Positions 46,301 through 54,595 of a DNA stretch of 64,000 nt are shown here, in pieces. Both the position numbers and the translations under genes were made by a program. The notes below the pieces were generated by a model that saw nothing but the letters and a program-made list of their open reading frames with translations, was not told the origin of the DNA and ran no database searches. Positions within the stretch are counted from its first letter, which is position 1. The number at the start of each line of letters is the position of its first letter. The DNA comes from Thermomicrobiales bacterium (GTDB taxonomy: Bacteria; Chloroflexota; Chloroflexia; Thermomicrobiales; UBA6265): NCBI GenBank assembly GCA_023957015.1, contig JAMLHR010000003.1:22555-86554 (forward strand). Direction: 5' to 3'.

Positions 46301-49300
46301 TACCGCCACCTTCTTCGGGAGCATTGCCCAGAACAATGATCCCAACAAGGTTGCATTCGATGGAACGGTGACCTACAAGCTCTTCAATACCCAGTCGTGT
46401 GGCTCCACACCGATCAAGACCTGGACGTATAACGTCAAGGCTGGCGATGCCGTCCCGGCGATACCATCGGCCGAAGCCTATCGCTTCACTGCGGCTGGCG
46501 AATACGATTTCCAGGTGACCTACGAGTGGACTGCCGGTGGTAAGAACCATACGGTGAGTAGCCAGTGTCTCACCGAGACCGTCATCGTCAGCAAGGTCAC
46601 GCCATCGGCGACAACCACCCAGATGAAGTCCGGTGATCCGTTGGCGAACATGACGCAGAACATCCGCGTCCTGGGACCGGTCACCGTCGGCGACACGATG
46701 CTGAACAACACGGTCACGTGGCCAGGCAATGTTGACCTGACTGGTATCCAACCGAACGGCACACTCGTCTACACGCTGTACAAGCACAGCAGCACCTCCA
46801 ATAGTTGTGGCACCAGTGCCACTGTGGTTCAAAGCTTCTCGGTTAATGTTGTTGATGGTGTGTTCCAGCCAAGTGGCACCACCACCATTGCAGCTGATGC
46901 CTACGGTGTCTACAACTGGACTGTGAAGTTCGAACCAACGGGCGATTCTGCGACGAGGTACGAAGGTTGGACAACCACCTGCGGCGACGAGCGCTTCTTT
47001 GTTGAGGCGCAGCCAACGCTGACCACCGAGATGTACAAGAACACCGCGAACTCCGATGCTGGTGCGGTGATCCTGCCCGATAATGAGACCATTGATGTTG
47101 GTATGTTTGTTCGTGACACGGGTACGCTCAAGGACTTCGTGCCGGGCTCTGCTAACGGTAATGTTGTCTTCAAGCTCTATCGCAGTGCCGATTGCACCGG
47201 TACAGTCGTGTTCGAAGATAGCGTCTCTGTTACGAACGGTGTGCTGGCCAGCGGTACGGACTGGTACGAGGTCACAATCAGCGGTGACTACAGTTGGAGC
47301 GCAACCTTCACCCGTAGCGGTAGCGGTAACAACGCCCAACTGACACGCAGTGCGAACAGCGACTGCGCCACCGAGACCTTCAAGGTGAATCCGCCAAGTG
47401 GCAATCCGTCCATGGTGACGATCATGCGTGACACGAGTAACAACGTGATCCCGCACAAGTCGTTCGTCTCTGGCACGGTATCGGTGACCGACCAGGCCGT
47501 GTTCTCAAACATGCCAGGCGATGCCTCCGGTAAGGTGACCTACAAGCTCTACCCGAACGCCACCTGTGATGGCAACCCAGTTCACACCAGTGAGAAAAAC
47601 GTTGTCAATGCGCAGGCACCGATCTCTGATCCGTATCTGTTGCCACTGGTTCAGGCACCTGAGGGTCGGATCTACAGTTGGACGGTGGAGTTTGTCAGCA
47701 CAGATGGCCAGATAAAGGTGGATAGCCCGTGCGGTGCTGAACAGTTCCGCAAGTACGATGCCATTCAGTACGGTGCCGAGACAGTCTGTGTCTACAACAC
47801 CGCAACGGGGAACACCTCCTTCACCATCACGCTGCACCCGCAGCCGGTGCCAGGTGGCGTCTACGCCAATCCGACGGTGGTGGTCAACCCCTTCAACCTG
47901 GATCTTTCGGCGGCAACGCAGGAGACCGTGGTCAATGAGTGGGTGATTACCTTCAATGACAAGCCATGGCGGAAGATCACTGGGCGTGCCGATTGGAACA
48001 ACGGTGATCCGAACTCTTGGGCAACCTTCGAAGTTGGCTGCAATAGCCAGCCGATGAAGCCCGAGATCTCGACCAAGATGTTCCAGGTTGGCGTCGTCGA
48101 CGAGATGAAGAACGACACGACGGTTGAGATCGGTACGGTCGTCTATGACACCACGCAGGTCACCCCGGGTACCAGCACGGTCATCATGGACGGTACGCTC
48201 ACCTACGAGCTGTTCCACAACAGTGGTTCGGATCAGCAGTGCACGCTTGCCAATCGTGTCTTCTTCGAAGAGCACAAGCTGGACAAGACTCCGTGGGACA
48301 AGATGCCGAACTCCGGCAACTTCACGACGGACAAAGCCGGTACCTACTACTGGGTGGTCACATTCAACCCGCCAGCTGGTCAGTACCCGGATAACGCGAC
48401 AGCTGTGAGCAAGTGTGGTGAGGAGTACTTCAAGGTCAAGCCGAATCTGCCGGAACTCGTGTTGGAGAAGACGGCTGTTCAGGGTGAGATCGTTGCTGGT
48501 CAGAACGCGGTCTACGAGATCAAGGTCACCAACAAGGCCGATGGCCCAGCCATGGGTGTCGTGGTCACGGATACGTTGCCGGATACCACGAACTACACGT
48601 GGAAGGTGACGAAGAACGGCGCTGAGCTCACATTGACCGATCTCGGTAATGGCAAGGTCTCGTTCGCTATCGGTGATCTCCCGAATAAGGACGACTCGAT
48701 ATCGGTGACCGTGACCGGCACGCCGAAGCTGGGCAGCGACTACAACCCGACACCGCAGGAATGCGAGAAGGGTGTCAAGCTGACGAACAAGGCCGTCGCT
48801 GTTGATGACAAGAAGAACGAGTCCAATGAGGATTCGGCTGACATCACAGTGAAGTGCAAGCCGCAGTTGCCGAAGATCACGGCGCAGGGAATCGCCTGTG
48901 TCAATGGTCAGACGACGGGCAAGAACGAGTTCACGGTTACTCCAGGTGTTGGTGTGACGATCACGCATGTGACCTACACCGAAGTTGGCAATGCTGCGAA
49001 CACGGGTGCAGCGACGCCAGGAGCAGGGAACACCTACTCGATACCGGCGAGTGCCGGGAACGGGACGTTCACGCTGACGGTGCGCTACACGATCAATGCG
49101 AACTACATCGTGCCGACGAATCCGGCGCCGATTGCGCATCCGGATGGTGGCTACCAGGTCACCGATACGATGAAGCTCGAGCCGTGTGTTGACTCTGATG
49201 TGCCGACGGTGAAGGTGACGAAGGCGGTTTGTACGTCTGACGTGCTGACACCGCACAAGCTGACGCTGAACGCAACGACCGGATGGACGGTTGTGAGCGT

Positions 49301-50660
49301 GACGCCGAACGCGATTGGGAACCCGGCAGCTGGCTTTGGTGACTTCACCTGGCCGGGTGGCGAAGCGGTGACGGTTGTTGTCACCTACGAGTTGAACGTC
49401 GGACAGCAATGGCCAGCGAACTTCCCGCCGACGGGACCGGATGCGAATGGTGGTACATGGAAGAAGGTTGACAACAACCCGAACCAGGTGACGTACACGA
49501 TCACGTTCGAGAAGGAAACGTGTGAGCCAGAGATCAAGGTCGTCAAGAAGGCGGACAAGGCTGAGTACAAGCCGGGTGACACCATCACCTACACGATCAC
49601 GATCACGAACACGGGTGAGGGAAGCGCGAAGGATCAGACGGTCCTGGACACCCTGCCGATGAACGTGTTCTGGAATGGCGGTGCGGTTGTTGTTACCCCG
49701 AACGGTACGACGATCAGTGGACCGACCACGAGTACAGATCCGATTTCGGGTGCACAAACACTCAAGTGGACTGGCTTGACCATTCCGTACAAGAGTGAGG
49801 TCACGATCTCCTTCGGTGCCGTGATCCCGGTTGATGGCTCCGTCTGTGGTGAAATCACCAATACCGTCAGGGTCACCCCGGTTGATAAGGGCGACAAGGA
49901 AACAGTATTGGTACGTTGCTCCTCGATGGTCGACGCCAAGAAGACCGCGGATCTGAGCGAAGTGACCGATGCTGGCACGGTGATCAACTACACCGTGACG
50001 GTTGAGAACACTGGTAACACGGCGCTGAAGAACCTGGTGGTGACCGACCTGATTAGCGGTACCGCGAGTCCGGTGAACGTGACGCCTGGTGCTGCGACCA
50101 GCAGCCTGGCACCACTCGGATTCAATCAGGATCCGTTCCTGGGCACGATCACGACCCTGAAGGTTGATGAGACTGTCACCATCAAGTACAGCTACGTGGT
50201 GAGCCAGGCGGACATCGACAAGGGTGGACCGATTGAGAACTGCGTGATCGTCAGTAACGACACGACGGATAAGGACAACTGCGCGAAGACCAAGGTGAAG
50301 AAGAATCCGAAGGTCGAGGCGAGTAAGGTTGCCGATCTGAGTGAAGTCTCAGAGGACGGCGCAGTGATCAACTACACGATCACGGTGAAGAACACGGGTA
50401 ACGTGACGTTGACCAAGCTGCCTGTGACCGATGAGCTGACAGGAGTAGCGAGTCCGGCAAACGTGGTCTGGGGTACTGCGAGCAGCAGCCTGGCACCAGC
50501 GGGCTTCAATGAGGATCCGTTCCTCGGCACGATCTCGACCCTGAAGGTCGGTGAAGTTGTCACGATCAAGGCGAGCTACGTCGTGAGCCAGGCGGACATC
50601 GACGCAGGTGGACCGATTGAGAACTGTGTGATTGTCGAGCACGACACGACGGAAGGGTGA
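43314..50660 (+). CDS. giant surface protein, N-terminal segment
   Basis: RBS gggggaagcagagATG gives MRFANSTRFRVFLAVFMMISMVQSSFAQS. A prealbumin-like motif follows (DGQIDLRNLPPGKLKVTQTSGPTGFAL), then the linker repeats ATEAPTQV. There are nine modules ending C-x-x-E-x-F-x-V. DUF11-like segments include YEIKVTNKADGPAMGVVVTDTLP and YTITITNTGEGSAKDQTVLDTLP. Confidence 0.9.
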   Translation: MRFANSTRFRVFLAVFMMISMVQSSFAQSMQASRPLTGGVTIILRDEKGANLADGCFTFKLTGVDDFSACDEDGDGQIDLRNLPPGKLKVTQTSGPTGFALADPLTVTIQTNRILPVPVAVSAVVAERTSLVQGPLLAFQDAGVDVVTGSPELEPTETPSETPTEAPAIVPASLQTESTDEATEVPTEPATEPATEEVTETATEVVTEVATEPATEAPTLAATEAATEAPTQVATEAATEAPTQVATEAPTQVATEAPSVQTTNVTLTIDAGGTDLTGAPWKLYADLASMAALTEYASGTVGAGNTIVIPNVIDGNYTLVISPAGMDPITNTFTVVGDGNGNQTIPLTATVSSPKIQSLITPLDTGAMEFGVTCAPLNSEGRIQSRIFVLNVPDGKDASPAPSFTYQVFDRFGNGGPITPGTMTWNASTNRWESEVFDVVARPLTYVATAAGVQNTLHGACAVFNPIIPAIDTMAKDEQGKDLPDGSQVVAGTKFRDTAQFKGLDGIPGALQALEGQTVVYNLYRNAACTGTPEKTFSVIVGANGVIPDSPLFDSATVGDGTYDWQVTFTPTGSAATNFQGAKSECQSETVIVGKTTPTLTTAMRRVTGTNTSTGINQNGNVTIGATVFDRSTLTNASTTVTGSLTYTLMMGTCAQNTVVLGPTTLQITNGVLPESPQFTPAAVGTYHWIVTYSGDNLNSDAESKCGAETFNVIKAKPSITTEVMKEGSSTPITGKSVDLNTKVYDTATVSGLYKPATGDYTGTVTYKLYANANCTGTPQEFTVTINPDGTVPNSPSVEMTARGTYNWVATYNGNEFNDTVSGNCGDEKFTVEGKTLGITTIPQYKPEGSQNFQDMTNNQTINAPATVRDTAVFTGLDPADPKPTGTVTYRLYANDTCQGTALFTQSVTVAADGTIPPAPTNGVTPALGIGRYNWKATYNGDGNYGTATHDCLTEQFFVSAAGDGEGYIQTQVYRADNNNAIADGGTIPMGRSARDTATFFGSIAQNNDPNKVAFDGTVTYKLFNTQSCGSTPIKTWTYNVKAGDAVPAIPSAEAYRFTAAGEYDFQVTYEWTAGGKNHTVSSQCLTETVIVSKVTPSATTTQMKSGDPLANMTQNIRVLGPVTVGDTMLNNTVTWPGNVDLTGIQPNGTLVYTLYKHSSTSNSCGTSATVVQSFSVNVVDGVFQPSGTTTIAADAYGVYNWTVKFEPTGDSATRYEGWTTTCGDERFFVEAQPTLTTEMYKNTANSDAGAVILPDNETIDVGMFVRDTGTLKDFVPGSANGNVVFKLYRSADCTGTVVFEDSVSVTNGVLASGTDWYEVTISGDYSWSATFTRSGSGNNAQLTRSANSDCATETFKVNPPSGNPSMVTIMRDTSNNVIPHKSFVSGTVSVTDQAVFSNMPGDASGKVTYKLYPNATCDGNPVHTSEKNVVNAQAPISDPYLLPLVQAPEGRIYSWTVEFVSTDGQIKVDSPCGAEQFRKYDAIQYGAETVCVYNTATGNTSFTITLHPQPVPGGVYANPTVVVNPFNLDLSAATQETVVNEWVITFNDKPWRKITGRADWNNGDPNSWATFEVGCNSQPMKPEISTKMFQVGVVDEMKNDTTVEIGTVVYDTTQVTPGTSTVIMDGTLTYELFHNSGSDQQCTLANRVFFEEHKLDKTPWDKMPNSGNFTTDKAGTYYWVVTFNPPAGQYPDNATAVSKCGEEYFKVKPNLPELVLEKTAVQGEIVAGQNAVYEIKVTNKADGPAMGVVVTDTLPDTTNYTWKVTKNGAELTLTDLGNGKVSFAIGDLPNKDDSISVTVTGTPKLGSDYNPTPQECEKGVKLTNKAVAVDDKKNESNEDSADITVKCKPQLPKITAQGIACVNGQTTGKNEFTVTPGVGVTITHVTYTEVGNAANTGAATPGAGNTYSIPASAGNGTFTLTVRYTINANYIVPTNPAPIAHPDGGYQVTDTMKLEPCVDSDVPTVKVTKAVCTSDVLTPHKLTLNATTGWTVVSVTPNAIGNPAAGFGDFTWPGGEAVTVVVTYELNVGQQWPANFPPTGPDANGGTWKKVDNNPNQVTYTITFEKETCEPEIKVVKKADKAEYKPGDTITYTITITNTGEGSAKDQTVLDTLPMNVFWNGGAVVVTPNGTTISGPTTSTDPISGAQTLKWTGLTIPYKSEVTISFGAVIPVDGSVCGEITNTVRVTPVDKGDKETVLVRCSSMVDAKKTADLSEVTDAGTVINYTVTVENTGNTALKNLVVTDLISGTASPVNVTPGAATSSLAPLGFNQDPFLGTITTLKVDETVTIKYSYVVSQADIDKGGPIENCVIVSNDTTDKDNCAKTKVKKNPKVEASKVADLSEVSEDGAVINYTITVKNTGNVTLTKLPVTDELTGVASPANVVWGTASSSLAPAGFNEDPFLGTISTLKVGEVVTIKASYVVSQADIDAGGPIENCVIVEHDTTEG
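43846..44092 (+). repeat. low-complexity Thr/Glu/Ala/Pro/Val linker encoded by short imperfect tandem repeats
   Basis: Iterations of gcaac(a/g)gaagct(gccacggaagct)ccgacgcaggt encode (ATEA)ATEAPTQV. Confidence 0.85.
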
Positions 50661-52970
50661 CGACTGCGCGAGCGGAAGACAGACCAAAGGGTGAAGAAGG
50701 ATCCGGAAGGTTGAGTGCGAAGAAGGTCATGCTGATCTGAAGGAAGTGAGCATGGCAAGGCACCACGATCAACTACACGATCACGGTGAAGAACGACCGA
50801 CCTGGGATTAGACGTGACGTTGACCACGCTGGCAGTGAATGACGAGTACCTGACGGGAGCTGCGAGTCCGGAGAAACGAACGTGGTATGGGGCACCAGAT
50901 GCCAAAGGTGAGTGACCGGGGTCAGAACGCGGCGACGATCGCGAGTCTTGTGACCGAATTCGCCGACCGCGAGTGTTGAGATTCCGGCGAGCTACGTCGT
51001 AGCCAGGCGGACATTGATGCTGGTGGACCGATTGAGAACTGTGTGATTGTCGAGCACGACACGACGAAGGGTGACGACTGCGCGAAGACCAAGGTGAAGA
51101 AGGATCCGCTAAGGTTGAAGGCGAAGTAAGGTTGCTGATCTGAGTGAAGTGAGCATGGCAGGCGGCACCACGATCAACTACACGATTACGGTGAAGAACA
51201 CGGGTAACGTGACGTTGACCACGCTGGCGGTGAACGACGAGCCTGACGGGAGTAGCGAGTCCGGCAAACGTGGTATGGGGGGCACTCATGCCAGCAGGTG
51301 TGACCGTGGTGAACGGCGTGCCGACGATCGCGAGTCTTGCACCGAATGCGAGTGTTGAGATTCCGGCGGAGCTACGTGGTGAGCCAGGCGGACATCGATG
51401 CTGGTGGACCGATCGAGAACTGTGTCGATTGTCGAGCACGACACGACGAAGGGTGACGACTGCGCGAAGACCAAGGTGAAGAAGGATCCGGAAGGTTGAG
51501 GCGGAAGTAAGGCTGCTGATCTGGAGTGAAGTGAGCATGGCAGGCACCACGATCAACTACACGATCACGGTGAAGAACACGGGTAACGTGACGTTGACCA
51601 CGCTGGCGGTGAATGACGAGCTGACAGGAGCTAGCGAGTCCGGCGAACGTGGTATGGGGCACCATGCCAGCAGGTGTGACCGTGGTGAACGGCGTACCGA
51701 CGATCGCGAGTCTTGCACCGAATGCGAGTGTTGAGATTCCGGCGAGCTACGTCGTGAGCCAGGCGGACATTGATGCTGGTGGACCGATCGAGAACTGTGT
51801 GATTGTCGAGCACGACACGACGAAGGGTGACGACTGCGCGAAGACCAAGGTGAAGAAGGATCCGAAGGTTGAGGCGAAGAAGGTTGCTGATCTGAGTGAA
51901 GTGAGCATGGCAGGCACCACGATCAACTACACGATCACGGTGAAGAACACGGGTAACGTGACGTTGACCACGCTGGCGGTGAACGACGAGCTGACAGGAG
52001 TAGCGAGTCCGGCGAACGTGGTATGGGGCACCATGCCAGCGGGTGTGACCGTGGTGAACGGCGTACCGACGATCGCGAGTCTTGCACCGAATGCGAGTGT
52101 TGAGATTCCGGCGAGCTACGTGGTGAGCCAGGCGGACATCGATGCCGGTGGACCGATTGAGAACTGTGTGATTGTCGAGCACGACACGACGAAGGGTGAC
52201 GACTGCGCGAAGACCAAGGTGAAGAAGGATCCGAAGGTTGAGGCGAGTAAGGTTGCTGATCTGAGTGAAGTGAGCATGGCAGGCACCACGATCAACTACA
52301 CGATCACGGTGAAGAACACGGGTAACGTGACGTTGACCACGCTGGCGGTGAATGACGAGCTGACAGGAGTAGCGAGTCCGGCGAACGTGGTATGGGGCAC
52401 CATGCCAGCGGGTGTGACCGTGGTGAACGGCGTACCGACGATCGCGAGTCTTGCACCGACCGCGAGTGTTGAGATTCCGGCGAGCTACGTGGTGAGCCAG
52501 GCGGACATCGATGCCGGTGGACCGATCGAGAACTGTGTGATTGTCGAGCACGACACGACGAAGGGTGACGACTGCGCGAAGACCAAGGTGAAGAAGGATC
52601 CGAAGGTTGAGGCGAAGAAGGTTGCTGATCTGAGTGAAGTGAGCATGGCAGGCACCACGATCAACTACACGATCACGGTGAAGAACACGGGTAACGTGAC
52701 GTTGACCACGCTGGCGGTGAATGACGAGCTGACGGGAGTTGCGAGTCCGGCGAACGTGGTATGGGGCACCATGCCAGCGGGTGTGACCGTGGTGAACGGC
52801 GTACCGACGATCGCGAGTCTTGCGCCGACCGCGAGTGTTGAGATTCCGGCGAGCTACGTCGTGAGCCAGGCGGACATCGATGCAGGTGGACCGATTGAGA
52901 ACTGTGTGATTGTCGAGCACGACACGACGGAAGAAGATGATTGTGCCAAGACTGACGTGAAGCAGAATCG
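49931..52970 (+). repeat. tandem repeat family A: 8 units of ~369 nt (123-aa DUF11/TIGR01451-like modules), last six nearly identical at DNA level
   Basis: The marker gtgagcatgg recurs at 50746, 51149, 51531, 51901, 52270 and 52639. Spacings are 403, 382, 370, 369 and 369 nt. Two more diverged units precede. Confidence 0.9.
50661..51648 (+). pseudogene. frame-broken, insertion-rich copies of the family-A repeat
   Basis: The sequence aligns to the clean unit but with many extra bases. One example is gcgagcggaagacagaccaaagggtgaag versus the clean gcgaagaccaaggtgaag. It has multiple stops in every frame. Confidence 0.85.
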
Positions 52971-53178
52971 CGAGATCCTCCTGGTGAAGGATGGTGTACT
53001 TGATCTGGGCGAGAATGAGATTTCCAACCCAGGCGATATCATCACCTACACCTTCAAGGTGACCAATATCGGTAACACGACGCTGAAGGGTATGACGATC
53101 ACTGATCCGCTCCCAGGTCTGACATGGGTCGATGGCAACACCATTGATTCCCTGGCCCCGGCGAGAGTGCGACCTTGA
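51649..53178 (+). CDS. in-frame continuation of the surface protein (family-A repeats, then first family-B repeat); no independent start expected
   Basis: 509-aa ORF made of repeated ...VADLSEVSMAGTTINYTITVKNTGNVTLTTLAVNDELTGVASPANVVWGTMPAGV... units. Confidence 0.8.
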   Translation: MVWGTMPAGVTVVNGVPTIASLAPNASVEIPASYVVSQADIDAGGPIENCVIVEHDTTKGDDCAKTKVKKDPKVEAKKVADLSEVSMAGTTINYTITVKNTGNVTLTTLAVNDELTGVASPANVVWGTMPAGVTVVNGVPTIASLAPNASVEIPASYVVSQADIDAGGPIENCVIVEHDTTKGDDCAKTKVKKDPKVEASKVADLSEVSMAGTTINYTITVKNTGNVTLTTLAVNDELTGVASPANVVWGTMPAGVTVVNGVPTIASLAPTASVEIPASYVVSQADIDAGGPIENCVIVEHDTTKGDDCAKTKVKKDPKVEAKKVADLSEVSMAGTTINYTITVKNTGNVTLTTLAVNDELTGVASPANVVWGTMPAGVTVVNGVPTIASLAPTASVEIPASYVVSQADIDAGGPIENCVIVEHDTTEEDDCAKTDVKQNREILLVKDGVLDLGENEISNPGDIITYTFKVTNIGNTTLKGMTITDPLPGLTWVDGNTIDSLAPARVRP

Positions 53179-54372
53179 TGGCGACCTACCCGATCACGCA
53201 GGAAGACATCGATGCTGGTACACGCCACAACATGGCGACGGTGAAGGACACCCCGCCGGATGGCGAGGAGCCAGTGAAGGATAAGGATCCGGAAGATGTG
53301 CCGATCCCACGCGAGCGCGACATTGTCCTGGTGAAGGATGGTGTGCTTGATCTCGGTACGGACAAGATCGCCAATCCTGGTGATGTGATTACCTACAGCT
53401 TCACGGTGACCAACGTTGGGAACATGACGCTCAAGGGCATGACGATCACCGATCCGCTCCCAGGTCTGACATGGGTCGATGGCAACACCATTGATTCCCT
53501 GGCCCCAGGCGAGAGTGCGACCTTGACCGCGACCTACGCGATCACGCAGGACGACATCGATGCCGGTACGCGCGAAAACCTGGCGGTTGTGGAAGACACC
53601 CCGCCGGATGGCGAGGAGCCGGTGAAGGATAAGGATCCGGAAGAAGTGCCGATTCCGCAGGAGCGCGAGATCGATCTGGTGAAGACCGGTGAGCTCGACC
53701 TGGGTGAGAATGGCGTATCCGATCCTGGTGACGTAATCACCTATGAGTTCACGGTGACGAATGTCGGTAACACGACACTGAAGGGCATGACGATCACTGA
53801 TCCGCTCCCAGGTCTGACTTGGGTGGCTGGAAACACGATCGACGAGCTGGCACCAGGCGAAAGCGCAGTGCTCACCGCGACCTACGGAATTACGCAGGAA
53901 GATATCGATGCTGCCACTCGTCACAACCTGGCGACGGTAACGGATACCCCGCCGGATGGCGAGGAGCCGGTGAAGGATGAGGATCCTGAGGACGTGCCGA
54001 TTCCGCAGAAGCGTGGTGTGAGTCTCGATAAGGTGGGCGTGCTCGATCTGGGTGCGAATGCATCTGCCAATCCTGGCGATGTGACCACCTACGAGTTCAC
54101 GGTGACCAACACCGGTAACGCGACACTCAAGGGTCTGACGATCACCGATCCGCTGCCAGGTCTGACCTGGGTCGCGGGTAACACGATCGAGTCTCTGGCC
54201 CCAGGTGAGAGCGTCACGCTCCAGGCGACGCGCATCATCACCCAGGCAGATATTGACGCCTGTCAGGTTGTCAACATCGCGCTGGTGAGAGACACGCCAC
54301 CTGCGGGTGAGGAGCCGGTGGAAGATCCGGGCGACGCACTGGTGAAGATCCCGTGCAAGCCGGTGACACCGC
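52981..54372 (+). repeat. tandem repeat family B: 4 units of 348 nt (116 aa)
   Basis: Unit starts are ctggtgaag / ctcgataag at 52981, 53328, 53676 and 54024. Spacings are 347, 348 and 348 nt; the 347 reflects the missing base at ~53159. Confidence 0.9.
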
Positions 54373-54518
54373 CAACGGTTGAGGTCCTGCCGAACACTGG
54401 TTCGGGTGCCGGGTCTGGTAACGGACTTGGTGCGGCCACCATGGTCTGGGCGTCTGCCGCCCTCCTGATCATGGCTCTGGGAGTCGGTGCCATCGGCACC
54501 CGCCGCCAGCAGCCGTAA
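53175..54518 (+). CDS. C-terminal segment of the surface protein with LPXTG-type sorting signal
   Basis: Contains family-B repeats (NPGDVITYxFTVTNxGNxTLKGMTITDPLPGLTWV). It ends VEVLPNTGSGAGSGNGLGAATMVWASAALLIMALGVGAIGTRRQQP*, i.e. LPNTG, a hydrophobic helix and a basic tail. Confidence 0.85.
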   Translation: MMATYPITQEDIDAGTRHNMATVKDTPPDGEEPVKDKDPEDVPIPRERDIVLVKDGVLDLGTDKIANPGDVITYSFTVTNVGNMTLKGMTITDPLPGLTWVDGNTIDSLAPGESATLTATYAITQDDIDAGTRENLAVVEDTPPDGEEPVKDKDPEEVPIPQEREIDLVKTGELDLGENGVSDPGDVITYEFTVTNVGNTTLKGMTITDPLPGLTWVAGNTIDELAPGESAVLTATYGITQEDIDAATRHNLATVTDTPPDGEEPVKDEDPEDVPIPQKRGVSLDKVGVLDLGANASANPGDVTTYEFTVTNTGNATLKGLTITDPLPGLTWVAGNTIESLAPGESVTLQATRIITQADIDACQVVNIALVRDTPPAGEEPVEDPGDALVKIPCKPVTPPTVEVLPNTGSGAGSGNGLGAATMVWASAALLIMALGVGAIGTRRQQP

Positions 54519-54523
54519 CCTCA

Positions 54524-54545
54524 GACGGGTGCTCCGGCACCCGTC
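54524..54545 (+). terminator. GC hairpin immediately after the surface-protein stop
   Basis: GACGGGTGC-tccg-GCACCCGTC, 5 nt after the TAA. No U-tract. Confidence 0.5.
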
Positions 54546-54546
54546 A

Positions 54547-54584
54547 CCCCGGGCAACTCGTGATCGCTCATGAGTTGCCCGGGG
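54547..54584 (+). terminator. second, 13-bp hairpin abutting the first
   Basis: CCCCGGGCAACTC-gtgatcgctcat-GAGTTGCCCGGGG. Confidence 0.45.
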
Positions 54585-54595
54585 GGACGAAAGAA

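Larger units (their letters stand above)
43314..54518 (+). pseudogene. conceptual single ~11.2-kb gene for a giant LPXTG-anchored surface protein (~3,700 aa), broken as sequenced at 50.65-51.65 kb and at ~53159
   Basis: The three large same-strand ORFs (43299..50660, 51649..53178, 53175..54518) continue the same repeat families across each break. Only the first has a signal peptide and RBS, and only the last has a sorting signal. Confidence 0.85.

Noticed and set aside
44448-49757. Very long minus-strand ORFs (1002 aa and 750 aa) antisense to the adhesin
   Set aside because: Their composition is Arg/Gly/His/Val-dominated with no domain-like motifs. They mirror a strongly supported plus-strand coding frame in GC-rich DNA, where antisense frames stay open by chance.
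50700-54372. Regularly spaced repeats that could superficially suggest a CRISPR array
   Set aside because: Units are 348-369 nt, directly abutting with no unique spacers, and translate in frame into protein repeats. No cas genes are present.
49931-54372. Diversity-generating retroelement idea for the variable adhesin repeats
   Set aside because: Differences between noisy and clean copies are mostly insertions, not adenine-specific substitutions. No reverse transcriptase or template repeat is in the window.
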